A stretch of DNA of 64,000 nt, taken from positions 15,996,001 through 16,060,000 of the forward strand of contig CM120641.1 in the NCBI GenBank assembly GCA_051362555.1, read 5' to 3'. Both the position numbers and the translations under genes were made by a program. The notes beneath the pieces were generated by a model. The model ran no database searches, was not told the DNA's origin, and saw only the letters and a program-made list of their open reading frames with translations. Within the stretch, counting starts at the first letter, position 1. Every line of letters begins with the position of its first letter. Source of the stretch: Lingula anatina. Its lineage: Eukaryota; Animalia; Brachiopoda. Positions 42,101-57,100 of the stretch are shown here, in pieces.

Positions 42101-45100
42101 TAGTGAGATGCGAGGAGGACATGCAGGTCAAAAGAAAAAACATGTTCTTCCAAGTGGCAAAAATGCACTGCTTTAACACATGGGCTTCTAAAAATAATTC
42201 CTTAGGTCTAATGCATGATTTAAGGATTGTAGTCACTGCTTGGTATGGCAACTGAGTTGAAATAAATGCTCTGACAAAATTACTTTCCCTGTTCTTTTTT
42301 TATCTAGCTCTTTGTACAGTGAAGCCTCTGTTGACCTTAGAAAATAGTAAAAGAACAATTCCTTCATGACCTTAGAAAATAGTAAAAGAACAATTCCTTC
42401 ATGACCTGCATGGATGCTAAATATGCAACTGATAACAGCTACAAATATCAAGGACAACTCCCAAGACAGTACTTAAAGACATATGAAAGCTCCAACTTTC
42501 TTAGAAAACATTTTCAGATTCAGACCATTAAGTTTAATTCTGTTGAGAGATGATAGCTATCCAATTTGCAGAAGCACACAGTCCATTGTGGTCAAGACCT
42601 GTAGCTGACAAATAGATTGTAGTGACTGCACTCTAATAACATTTGTAACCTTTGGCTCTATCAACTGCTTTCTAATATATTTTTTGTGGGTCAATATTTC
42701 ATTTTGGTGGCTAGAAATGCCATCTCAGTTTAAAAAAAGTCAAATACATCTCTTGACAGCTTCAGCCTTTGACAACAGGTCTTTATAACTGAAGTCTACT
42801 GGCAACTACCAGTGTATAGGTATGGGTACAAATAGCAAAATGCTGCATGATACATATGGAGCTGTAAGCATAGACTCTTCAGACTCTTCTGCAAGATTTT
42901 GCTATCTTTTTACAGTTTGCTGTGTCTTCCACATAGTCAAACCTCAAAATAGTGGACATTTGGCTTTAAAAAAGCAGGCTCTAGGAATAACAGACCTTAG
43001 GAACACAGAAGCAGCCCTTCACATATACTTACATGTTTCTATTGATTCATCTGAGCCATCTCCACAGTCTCTCTCACCATCACACTTCCAACCATTTGGA
43101 ATACACAGCTTGTCCTTACATGTAAATTTGTTAGCAGGACAAGTAGGTGGCATAGCTGTAAAAGAAATCCAGGGTTAATCAGGAACAGAGCAAGGCAGAG
43201 GGTATGGGGAAATTACAAGTAAGAAGGCCACAATAAAACAGAAATACCCTTCATTGTAGGAATACATCATTGTATGGTTTACTTAAAGCCATAATTGTCT
43301 TTCCTTTAAAGACGTATTGGTTAAGAAAAAAAAAGAAAAAAAAAAACAATTTTAATGTCTTCCTCATCAATCTGTAATTAAATAAATATTCTATGGTAGT
43401 CTTGACAACCTAGGTACGACTTGTTTTGCAATGACTTATACCTTACTTTGAAATTGAAACTAAAATAAAATTAAAAATGCATGTGCAAAAATGCTGGAGA
43501 TTGGACTGTCACAGGACACACTTGTAAAAAAAAGTAGAAACTTTTAAGAAAAATTTTCAGCAAACAGACACTTCAAGATAAGTTTATGTCTGCTTAATTG
43601 TATTTTGATTTGGTTAATAAGTAAGCCACTATAAATAAATAGTTAAATTGTGAATTGTGTTTTTGATTGTGCTGGCATTTTTGGGTATTCTGACCCATAC
43701 AAGACATTGTAAAAGCCTGTCTTGACTATAGTGCTTTCCCTCTTTACACATTGTAAAAAGAGACAGCATAAGGAACTCATTCCCATGTCACTGCCATTAC
43801 AAAGAAAAACCCAATTATTTCTTTAAAAATCCAGGACAGAAGCATCAGGTGATAACTTACAGCAATTCCTCTCATCTCTTCCATCTGGACAGTCAAAGTC
43901 TCCATCACAAACCCATCCATGGGGGATACAGTGATGCCCTGCCCCAAAATTTTTCTCACAGTTAAAGGAGTCGGGGGCACAACTTGCTGACCCAGAGGAG
44001 GCTGCAAAAGAAATATGAAACTGAAAATAACTTAGCTTTAAAATATTCCAAGGGCATACTCCTTGAGATGAAGTTTGAGAAATCACAAACACACTTGATT
44101 TCTCATAATATACAATTCAAAGGCATTTTAATGACAGTTTACAAAGGACTCCATGCTGTGTTCCAAATGGGTTTTCCCTGGCTTCATGCTGGGTTTCATC
44201 TTTTTTCTAAAGTCATGTTTGCCATTTCTTTCCTTTTTTTTAACTAATTAGAAAACTGAAAAATTTAATCAAAAGGTTGTCATATATCAAACAATTATTC
44301 ATCATTTTAGGCATTATAAGGAAATACTTGGAACCATGTTACTTTTTAATAAAATTTCCTTCTCTCATGCATACACAAACAAGTTCTAAAAAATTAATGA
44401 ATGAAATCTCTTGACCCTGATGCATGCTTAGTGCCATAAGACACCCTCTCACCAATACCAGAATAGTTTGCTTTTTCACACCCTGTCAACTCTGTTAAGA
44501 CCTACTTCACAGTTCATTCTGCCACAGCGCAATAGTCCTCATTCTAAAATACATCAGTTCCTAGCTACAAAACACACTGCCAAGCACCAGTAATCAGGAA
44601 GGTGTCAATACAACCACAGCACACCTTGGATTAACATACCCCGCTGCTGCTAAATCTAACAATTATTCAGTGTCACTGTGTTGTAAACAAGGACTGTACT
44701 TTTTTTATCCATTCTACTGGAAGATTTTAAAAACAGAAAATTTGTGTACCTGCATGGACATTTCATCAAACCACTTTTATCAAGGTTAATTTGAATGGGG
44801 CTTGCTTTCAAAATGCACCACATTTCATCACTTTTTTTCAGGAAGAATGACAATCCATTCAACAATTCATAAGTTACTTAAGATTTCAAAAACACAAAGG
44901 CAACTGAAATGTATAACAAATCCATCTCCAATCTTCAGAAAATAATATATTACATCATGACTATTGAAAATTGCTTTTTCAATGTAAAAAGAACAAAATG
45001 AAAAAAGGTGTAACTGAATGGATTATTCAGTATCAAGATCTGTGGAGAATGCAGCAATTTCGTGGAGCAGATATCCAAGAAAAGTACGAGATTAAGATAT

Positions 45101-48100
45101 CAAAAAATTGATCTCAAATCAATATTTTAAATCTCACATGAAGATTTTACTGTCACATGTGGCATAAAAGCCTTTATTTCTTTTGCAAAGGTCTTAAATT
45201 CATAAAAACAAAATGCATAGCATGGTACAGTGAACCTAGACTCCCCAGCAGACATGACGACCAAGCCAACAGAATGGAAAATCTCTCAGCAATGTCATGT
45301 AATGGTTGAGTGCCATTCTGACAGGTGGTTGTGCTGTCACAGCTCTTCAATTTAGTCAGAGATGTCTGTTTTGTCTATTCAGGAAATAATGGCAACCATA
45401 TTGTCTATTCAGCAAAATGATTGACCTATCAGTACTTACTGAAAAAAAATGTCATCAATACTACCTTTTCAATGAATGCACGCAAATATTTTTAGTGTGC
45501 TGAACAATTCCTTTCTGCTTGTAATTTGTCAAGGAAAAACGTCCCCTACAGCTGATTCATTATTTTTAACAGGCAAAGGTAGTTGGCTGAACTTTTTCTT
45601 AGTACAGACTATATCAGTTACAATGTTATTCACTCATACCAAAATCTTACATTATTTTTTCAAATTGAAATTATCCTAAAAATGTAAAAACAATCTATAA
45701 CCCCATTAAAAATGTCTCCTACATCATGTTTTATAGCAAATCCAAAACTGCTGACAGTTGAATAATTTATTCAGGTGGTAAAATACACTGTAAGTGGGAG
45801 AAGGCATGTGTTGAGTGATAACAGTACAAAAGAGAGAAAATATTAAACAAATTCTCATTTCCTTGCACTTACAGTGCTGAACAGAATAAGCCACCATGAC
45901 CATCACATCATCCTCTTAAACATGTTATAATGATAATAACCCAAAAACCTTTTTTTAATCAACCTGACAGTCTGTGTAGCTTATCTAAGTTACACCAATC
46001 AAAGGAAGTAGCAACAGACCTTTATATCCAAGCAACTTGCCCAGGTACTTTTCTTTTGTTTTAGAAATACAATTTCCAAACAAAAGCAAACTCCATGAAA
46101 TCACCAGAGGATACATGCACAATCTTGTAAGCCGCATGGTCCCATTGAAATCTTCTTCCAGTGAATAACACTACAAAGACAAGTTGGACACACTGGACTG
46201 ATGCATTCTGGGGAACATCAAAATGTGCTGCCAACTTGGTTCTAGACCATTCCTTACTGAGCTCATCTGTTAACTAGCTATCATGTACATCTGGTATTCC
46301 ATTGAAATGGTCAATTAAACTTGGTGCATACTTTCTACACATGTACTAGCCACCACATACATGACCATGGAACAGCTGTCTGGGTGGATTACAGCATCAT
46401 CACTGGAGAGATGTAATTTCAGGTATCACTTCCTATTTTTTCTCTGACATGATACATATACCCATCAACCACCCATCCCTCCCCCCCCCCTCTTTAGATT
46501 ATATGTGATATAGCACCTCTAGTCAATGTGTACTAGTAGTATACTCAGAATGTAATATGAATGAATATATATATATCTTGGCGTAGAAGGGGTGGGAGGA
46601 ATGGAAATTACATATTTGAGTTAGCCCTGAGTGTACCGACATGTAAAATCAAGCAAAAGTTCGCAGGATTTAGAGGAAATGAGGGAACTGTCCATGTTTT
46701 GGTCACCTTTTATATGGGTCTCTCGATATATAACTAGTCTAAGTTAAGGAGGAGACAGAGAGGAAGAAGAAAAAGAAGAAACAAGAGGGGGGTGGAGATG
46801 AGTTAACCTGTGATTTTATAGCAATTATGAGGGCCTGCTTTTAGTTTTACAACCTAACTGACTGGAGGGTGCAAACAACTAATGAAAAAAATGCAATACT
46901 TAGGTTAATTCCCATAAACACCATGGGTCTACATGGATCGACCCAACCCTGCAGGGATTCTTGCTGAGTGCAATCAGCTTACCAGATTAACACACATGTA
47001 TCCTCCTCCATTAAGTAGGACATAGAAAAGCTGGTGATTATAAGAGTAAGTTGGAAACAAAAGGAAGCAAGTCATGCAATTCAGCTGTCCGAGTGCTCTT
47101 AGCGAAAGTCCTTGCAAAGTTGGGTCGTCCACATAGACTGATGGTGACTGCGTGAGAATGGAGTCAGAGTCTTGGTAAGCATGCAGATGTTCTTTCTATC
47201 AAATGAGCTTGATAAAATATCATTAATTGAGAAACCTTCTGACTGATACAATATCAATCTGGGAGATTAACCATGACCTTCACAACATTGCATGACATAA
47301 AGTGATGAAGGAAAAAAGATACAAAAACTACTGCTTTACAGAAAACACTTTTCATTCAGAAACACAATTAACCTATTCACACTGCGTAATTAATTCTGGT
47401 GGGCCCATAGTATGACATAATAAAACACTATTGCAGCATGCAGGTAAGGCGTGATGCAGTGAAGAGGAAAAAGGGTATTTTGAGATGAAGGCATCACAGA
47501 TGTTGTTTAGGGTGTTTAAACAACAAAAACTACACTCATGCACTTCTTAGTCTTTGAATGAGTCTAAAGCACAAATAGTTCAAAGTACTAGAATTTAAGT
47601 GAAAAATGAGTTGATTTCAACCTTGAATCTTTGCTGTCAAACTTGGCTAATATGATTAGGGAATCAAGAATAATTTAGCCTTTTACGCTCTACTGTGCTC
47701 TAAGAATATAGCATGATAAAAAAGCAAACAACCAGGGTGACTTTCCAACCTAATGAACTAACAACATTCCATACAAAAGGAAAGAAACTGCATGTTTTTA
47801 TATTTTGAATGCATCTCTCATATATTATTATGACCATTGTGGGGGAGATAAAAAAAAACTTTTAAAACAAGCAAACACATTGATTTCATTCTAAAAAAAA
47901 TAAATATTTGTAAGCATGAAAGAAATTCAACAAATTCCATCCTATGTTTCAACCATGCTAAAGGAAAAAATGTATCAAAAAGACTTGCAAAGAAATATAT
48001 AATGACAAAGCAAGAATTTCAGGTCAACACTTCGGGGTCATGTTATCCCACTAAGTGCCACCTTTGTGTAATAAAATCACACCCAAATCCATCCATGGTC

Positions 48101-51100
48101 TTTTTTTTGTCTTCTAATGAAATCACCCTATCACATCAGTATATGCATGAGAGAGGGAATGCAGGAATTTGAGTTTGAGAAAGGGTACCCCTATCAAGAG
48201 GTAACATTTTGGAGCTGAGAAAGGAAAGAACACAGGTGTATGATTGAGGTTAATGGTTCACAGTGCCACCAATGTCAATGTAAAAAGACAAACAGTGACT
48301 CAGCCGACACGAGCATATCCTACTCTTCCAACTTTCAAAGATCTCTCAAACAATAAAACATTCAAACTTAGGCTATGCTATCAATCTTAAACGTTATTAC
48401 TCCATTTACAGCTGTAACATTAGAGCGAAACACTATGAAATACTGAAGACATGTCGAAATCCGTCATAATGTTAGTAACCTTGCTTAAGGTACTCTACGA
48501 AAAGCTGGTGATTGTATTCTATTACTAAATAATCTGGCACTTGGACTGTAAGTTCCCTACATTTCATAGTCCTAGCTTCTCAGTTTCTTGATTTTGATGA
48601 TAACTTTGATTCCAAATTTTGTTTCATCCTACAATCTGAATGGGATAAGATGGGAATGAATTTTCTGGAAACACGGGCAAAGTGGAAACTTTTGCCTACT
48701 TTACCTACACTTGCCCCTCCCCCTCACAAATTCTAGAACAAACAGAAAAATAATATATATAAGACCTACTGTATATCATAACCATCACCATTTCTGCTTT
48801 AATGAACATCAAACGTAGGTGAAAAATTGCTACTGTACGCCCTGGTTCACTGTGACAGGATTGTGGTATCTTGTATAGAAACTGGCAGTTTGGTTTATGC
48901 CCCTATTTCACACAGACCACGAATCCCATGAATGACCAGGAATTGACAAATTTCAGGATTCGTGGTTGAATCGTAATCAGTTAGTGAAGCTCTTAAGAGA
49001 TTTGTATATATTCGTAGTCAGTTCTTGCACTTCTTGACCAACAGGAATTAGTGGCAAAAACTTTGATGCCCCTATTTCACACAGACCACGAATCCCACGA
49101 ATCGCCAGGAATTGAAATTTTCAGGATTCGTGGTTGAATCGTAATCAGTTCGTGAAGTTCTTAAGAGATTCCTATATAATCGTAGTCAGTTCTTGCAATT
49201 CTTGATCAATCGGGGAATTTTTGGCAAACAATTTGAGCTGTTCAAAATTTTGGCCACGAACTCCCGATAACAAAAAATCGTAGTGAATTTCTGGACAATT
49301 TTCGTGCGATTCCAGCCGAATCCCACAAATATATTCGTAACACTATCGTACCTGTATCGTAACTGAATCGTAGAGCGTGTCGAATTAGACCAGAAAATTG
49401 GCAAAATCTCACGAATCCGGAAATTTGTCAATTCCTGGCGATTCGTGGTCTGTGTGAAATAGGGGCATTAGGTGGATCCACCTACTGCGCATCAAATTTG
49501 TTGAGTCAATCACTCACTCTTCTGGAATTTTCTTTCTCTTAAATAAAAATGGTATTTTCATTATCTATTTTTTCTTACATTTGCCACCATTTATTCCTAT
49601 AAACTGAAGCCTTAAGTTGTCCTCTGAATGGGGATTGACCAAAGCTCTTATTAAACAATATTTTCAAATGTGTTTTGTCTCTTTATTAACACTTGGTCCT
49701 TCCAAAACTTTATATTTCCAAGAAGTTGTACAACTTCTTGACATTTCTAATATAAAACAACAGAAACACCCCATCTTCTGCAAGTTAATCCTGCCTTTTT
49801 GTGTAATATCATCTAATCAAAATGGACTGATCCATCTCTGTGATATTCAAGCAGAAAATTCCACAACGTTTTAAAGACTGTAAATGAGATAAGTTGGATG
49901 AGCTGCTCTGTGTCTGATCCATTTATCATGGGTTTACAACACACATAATTAAAGTGTATTAAGTTACCGTAATATGAGAAATACTCGGCAACTGCAATCC
50001 TTTCCATACTCTTATCACAGTGGGTTCTTACAATAAGTCTAGATTAGGGTCAGAGAGGGTTACCTTGTACAGATTCACACCCTTTCACACATGACTGGAG
50101 TCAAAACTGAAGTCTCAATATGCAAACTTGGTCAACAGTCAGCAAGTTAAGTGTGCTGAGCCACTCAATGAATTTCACACTCGAGTAGCAGGTGATTGGT
50201 TTTTAAGTAAATACAGCACACTGCAACTTTTCTAACTTTTGGTTGTTCTGAACTGTGATTCAAATAATTCATGGGTGGGTGTAGAGATATGGTTACATCC
50301 AACAAAGTGGTATAAATGCTGTTCAAATAAAGACTGGATAGATTTGTGTTTTGGAAGGAATGAACAACTTCTCTCCATTACATCACAACTGGAACTGAAT
50401 CGTGAGAAAAACATGTCAACCTTGTCATCTCATACTTAGCTGAGCTGATACTAGTACACGCGTCTAGATTCCTCAGTTCTGACTGACATGTAAGTCGACT
50501 TGAAATGGCCTGGAAATGGATTTTTGGATAATCTAAGGAGTGTATAAATGAGGATTCTTATTTCACTTAAAAGAAACTCTAGGCAAATGGGAATGAGGAG
50601 TATGAGACCACCTGGTTTAATTGAGAACAGAATTAAAAACCTTACATCAAAGGAAAGAAGATGGAAGTTGGACTGACAGTTTGGAACTTCCATTTCCTCA
50701 ATTTAATGTTTTATAGGCCTGACTTTTTAAACATTATCCTCAAGGATGTTTTTTTCATCACATTGTTTTCCATTACCCATTCATTCCAGATGTTACCAAA
50801 CTGATTTCCCCTTCTCTGGTTGGTACCAGAGGAAAACTTTATTTTCCAAAAACAGAAACTGACAATAAATATTGTTTACTTACATTAGAAACATCTGTTC
50901 TTTTTAAATCATACAATAAGAATATCAACCCAGTCTAAAACCAAATAGGTATCCATAACTGATGAGTACACCAGAGTCCCCTGACATAAATGTTCCTAGC
51001 ATCATCATTTGTAACAGGCTGCCACTTGTTACAAATGATTACATTAAGTAGATTTTCAAATGCACAATTTGCACCTGCTACATGAAAGCAACAGAGTTCC

Positions 51101-54100
51101 ACTCTCAACCTTTCTGGAAGGCATAATTTTTCTAGGTATATATGAATTAGCCAACAGGACAATGCACATCAATATTTTAGATTGTAGAACTTCACTTCCA
51201 GCAAACTGCTTTATGTTTTTCATCAATTTACTTTATTTCCATTCTATTAAACAACAAAATATACACATTTGTTCAACAAGTAGTTCATGTTTTTGTAGCA
51301 TTACCACATATTCTTCAAATACAAAACTTACCTTTAAGACACCAAAAACATTAAGGTCTTCCAACTTCTCTGTTAAGCTTTACTAAAACAAACACTAGAG
51401 TGACTGCAATAATGACAGCAATACTACATAAAAATCATGTAATGTAATGGTAGGTTTATTTTGCAATGACATATATCAGGCCGCATGTAGAAACATAAAA
51501 GATGTTCTCAAGTTTTATGAATGCACTTTTATTAAGGCCTCTATGTAAATCAGTTGCACGTAGACAATATTCAAAACACACTCCAAATTCCTTTTTGGGT
51601 AATTTTGGTTTAAATGTTTTTGTTATGGAGTTATAAGCCCCTAATTACAGAATTTCATTAAACAAAGGCACTATTTTGCATTATCAACAATAAAATCTGA
51701 ACTAAGACTTTCAAGAAAAATCGCTGGGCCAGGCAGGATTTTGGAGTACTTAATGGTGTTATTAAATTGGCCTTGAAATGGTGATCATTTTTACCCCAAA
51801 ATCTCAATTATGACGTCATCCGTAATATGACATATGTGTAAGATTTATTTATTACCCAAAAGAATGTATGTAATAATGTAAGGCAGTAAATAAGGAGTTT
51901 TGGGCCAAGGTAGGCCAAGGGTGACAATGTCCTTAAAAGATTATTATGGAGGGTAGCCATCTAACGACCCATTCCCACAGATATTTGGATCAATCTATCT
52001 CAGTCTCACTAAATTGCTGTCAACTTGACCAGTTTAAATGTCTGTCACGCCTAGGGAGTAACATCGATCCAGATGGATCGATCTAGGCTTGGGAACCCAG
52101 TCTAAGGTTCACATGGTCCAATGGCATGCACTGATTTCAGAATGTGATGACTGCCGTTTTGGTGATAAAATGCAATTTACTATAGTTTTGTGTTGTTTAC
52201 AATGCATTAGTTGTGGAATTTTGAATCTCATACAAAGCTGTAATCCCTTTAAGTATATAAACTTGCAACATAACAGATCCCACTTCCCTTTCCTCCAGCA
52301 GTGCACTAAATATTATCTGCAAGGAAGATGGACAGGCTGGAATAACTCGATACTCTTTATAGGTAGTATCCCCACATGTTGGCCATATATTTTTTGAAAT
52401 GAGGATTTGTGACATTTCTCACGTAGATTCTACATATATTGTGTCTTGTATATAATGTCCTTACTTCACAATCCACATGGGCTACATCCTCCTTCAGTAA
52501 ATCATGCTTCATCTGCCCGGGGTTTTCATGCAATTTAGCATTGTTTGATGTATTACATGTTTGCATTAGAAGTTTGGTTATCTAAATATTTTAAAAAGAC
52601 CCAAACTAAAACTAAAAATCTCTCCTTTATTTTGCAATTTTTTTCATAAGAGCTGAATGGTAGGTAACAACTTAAAAAAGAAGTTAAAGTTATCATAACT
52701 TGAGCATTGAAAGCAAGCAATTAAAATACAAACTAACATCAAACAGACAAACAATAGAAAATACACCCTCCCAATAATAGGGGCGTCACAAAAATATTAA
52801 GGGATTCATATTATGTTACTGAATGATTCAATTTGGTTGTCCTCAAAAAGTGGCATACTAGGGGAAAATCAGCCTGAAAGAAGTAAAAGCACTGACTGAC
52901 AGAATGCATTGTTTCTCTACCACAGCTTCATGATCAATACATGGTGTATAGGTTGTTTTGAAGAATGGCTTAACAGGTGAAAACTAGCTAACCGCGAAGA
53001 CAATAAAGAACATCCAAGGGTGGTATGCCTAAACTGATGCTTGAACTTTTCACTTGCCAGAAAAAAAAGGTGATTTTAGGTTTATCTTGGAAAGTTTATT
53101 CTAGTACAACATATCAGCTTCAAAAAGTGACCTTGTACACAACTGATAGCATCAAACCAATGCTTTCACCCAAAGTTTGTTCAAACTACTTATATACTGG
53201 AAAAACAAGCATACTATCTCTATTTCAGTTTTTTAAATGACATTACAATTATGGTTCCAAATGAACAGTTGCAATATATTATATTATGCACAAGCTTCAT
53301 AGCAGTAGTTGAATTAGATTTCTAAGGCCATCTACAATGGTTTTTGCCCAGTACATGACCTATGTAAAATACTATTTTAATTTTTAGTTGATTTTTATTG
53401 GTTCATTGCTCCCTTTCTGCCCCTATACCTTGGAGGGGTTATAATATACTGGTAAAATTATACACACCGGAAGTGGTCTCAGCTAGCTGAGGTAAGCTTC
53501 TCAAACCTTATTGTAGGGAGGAAATTTATTTACATCTATTGTTGTACCAATAGGCAAACACACTCAGCGATTAAATAAGGCATGAGTTGGGGTCAAAACC
53601 TTTAGCCCAAGCTTAACATTGTAAAAGATGAGATTAACTTTTTTTTTCAAAATTGTTGGTCCTTGCAAGATGACTCAGTCTCAAGTGGTATTGTACATTT
53701 TTTATTAGCACAGCTGCAAGACTTGGGTAAGATTGGAAGAACATGAGAAGTTTCGTGAAGTAGATATCAATTGCCATGATAAAATACAAGTTCATGGCAG
53801 TATTACAGTCTTAAAAGAGACTGATCAAAATTTCAAAGTAATTTCGAATTGTAAAATCACTCTATAATTGATTAAGTTTGTCTACTCTGACATGACACCC
53901 AGAAAACTGTATTTAGACACTCAGTTATGAGCAAGCTGAATACCATACTAATACATCCGGTGAATACTGCTGAAGTGTCCAGTCAGGCCTTTTTGACTTG
54001 CTTGGGTAGCTAGCCCACAATTGGGTTGAGATTGGTGTCAGAATGGACTGTTTTCAATCTTGTTATCAGACCAATGCCCACATTTTCACCAATATTGAAG

Positions 54101-57100
54101 ATTTCTGAGTAGTTCAATTTCCAATTTTCCATCCAAGTATTCCTTGTCCAAATCACTCATTTGACTGTTTTTTTTTGAGGGCCAAGTTTCCTTAATAGGA
54201 TCTTCATTTATAGTTCTACATTTTTTACATGGTTACTGGTTTTAATATTGGATGTCAATGTTGAAAATCCGAACATTTACTTGATGAATTGTTCAATAGA
54301 ACAAATTTAGTCATGAACAGTGTCAAAATCACTGAATTTGATAAATGCTCTACACTATACTTATTTTAACAAATTATGCAGAAAAGAAAATGTTTTGTTT
54401 GGCAAAAAATGCTCTAATCAAACCCTTTCAAATAAGCAGTCAGACAATATTTTTGAAAGAAGAGCATCAAGTACAGAGTAATTTCCACATTTAAAGTGTC
54501 AAACGGAAGTGTGACACTGAGTTAAATGTGTAGTCTTTACACTCAAGCCAGGCAGTAAAAATGGCAAAAATGGGGCACACAATACCTCAGTCTCTGGTTA
54601 CTGTGGCTGCTTTATGTATGAAACACACATAGTCAAGTTTTATTGTTTGCCTTAAGATTTCATGCAAGTTTTTAAATGCACTTAAGTCCAAACGTCATTG
54701 ATATGTTCTGAGCAGCAAGCTTATTTAATCAAACAGTCATAAAGAATGACATTAACTTAGGTTTCATTTGAAAAAGTTGAAAACAGGTGGGACATTGGAG
54801 AGGGACATTTAATTTCTACTTTATATTTAATGTATGGTTTTCGAAATATTTCAAAGGAATCTTATCTAAATAGAATAAAGAAAACTATCTTGTTGATAAA
54901 GTGGAGCACTAAATTTCTGAACTACAGTGCACTAAAAAATTAATTGACCCATGTAAAGATACCAAGGACAAACAAAACTGAGGGTACATTACCACTCTCC
55001 CACTGCTTGGCAGCAGTTTTGTTTTCAGAATTAGATGTAAAGAAGGGCAATTATATACAGTAATAACTTACAAAATTCAAACAACCCAATTTCAATATGT
55101 TTAATAACTAATAAATACCTACTGGCCTCAGCTCAGCTCAGTTTTACATCAATTTTCTATCATCTTTGTCAGAAGTTATTAGCAAATAACTGTCTTCAAA
55201 ATATAAATTTTGATCAATTTGGTTACCCTACCCAGCATCAAAAGGAAATTACAGCAAAAAATTCAGATTAGAGTCAAACATTATGCCAAGTTAGCAGCAG
55301 TTTTTAGCCATTGCAAAGATTGTCACAAATATAGAATAATCAGACGTCAAAGTTTATTCATTTCAAAATGTTCAGATAAGAATGCCAAACTTTTTTTAAA
55401 GTCAAGATTCAGTGTTTTCATATTAAACCAGAACCTCTTATTGAAGGCCATAAAATTGTTCTTGGAAAATTATGTAATTACATCAGTTATATACCCACTG
55501 AAACCAAGTTGTTAATCAACCATGTAAATCAGCTTTATTGGAAGTCAATTTACAAATCACAAAAATCATAACCACAGGCTGTAAATGAACTCAAGTTGGG
55601 TGGTAATGGATAAACATGAAATTTTAAGCAACAACAAGTCTTTTCAAGCAGGGAATCTATTTCAAATACATCACTCCACAAAACAAGCTTGGATGACATC
55701 TATGGTTCATTCAAAAGATGGTTGTGTATTGTGAATGCCAGGTCCAGTTACATATATTATCATGGTATATAAAACCTGGCTTCAGCACACAATGTACCCT
55801 CACATTACCCACCATGCCACTCACTTCACCCAATGGACTCATGAATACCTCTGTTTTAGAATGTAATTCTAACTCAGAAGGATATTAATTTCCTCTCATT
55901 CAAGGACTTGATTTCAAACCTCATACGTCATTCATAACTGAATGTGTGGAATATGACACAAGGCTATTAGAAGTGCCCAGCCACAAGTAGTTGCAAGCAC
56001 TGATAAGTTCCAAAACAACTATATTCATTAAGAGAAAGATGGAATTATAATTTCATCTTATACTGTAGCTTTTGTTGTCATTCTCTAAAGCCTTTCCATT
56101 ACAGCTGTGTCACTTAGATGTAACTCTCAAAGTAACAAGGCCTTAAAACATATACACATAGAAGACAAGTGTCCATAAATGTTACAGCAGGCATGATGGG
56201 ACACGCTTTTTGCCACATGACATACTGATTCTGTACACACGTTTCACTTACAACATCAATTTCTATATATTCTCAAACACTGTTTCCAACACTTGATGAA
56301 TTAAACAGATATATACACACAAAACACTAATTCTTTCAATATGCAATGACTTTAACATATAAGTGATGTAACAGACATAACATGCTGTCAGAGTGGGGAG
56401 ATCCCATTGGTTATACAATAATGACATTCATCTTGACATTATCATTGCCAAAATGAGTTTAACAGACAGATATTTGTAACAGTTCGTGCACCATGGATAA
56501 TAAAAATCACCCTGTGCCAATTCTTCGGCATCTGTCTGACCACAACAGGTTAGACACCATTTCAGATCACCAAAACTCCCAGACAAATAAAATGTCATTA
56601 TATATCAGTCATTATGTGATATCAGTATGATCTAATTCCATTGCCAAAGAACAACAGTCAAAAAATTTAGCCATTCTTTTTATTGCAAACCACCATAACT
56701 AAAAGGCAAAAAGCATCAAAATATAACAGAAAACTTGTGACATCACTCTGATCCAATTGTTTTGCTACATGACAACACTCCTGTTCTTTTGTTTTTCATT
56801 AAACGGACACTGGTTAAACAGTGTCATAGCAGACATAACTAGTGTATATGACCAGACACCATATCCTATGCAATAACAACAGCCACAGCACATGCTGTGG
56901 TCTCCTGTGTGTAAAGATGGTTACTGACCCAAATCAACCTTCTCCTAAACTATATAGCACTGACACACTCACTGCTAACACTGGTCCAAATAGCACCATA
57001 GAAAGGAAGAGTTCTCATGGATGATCCACCAAGCCCAAATAGATTCAACTTTTTTTAAAACACAAACTAAAAGTGGTACAGTGTCAAGACTACCTGCAAT

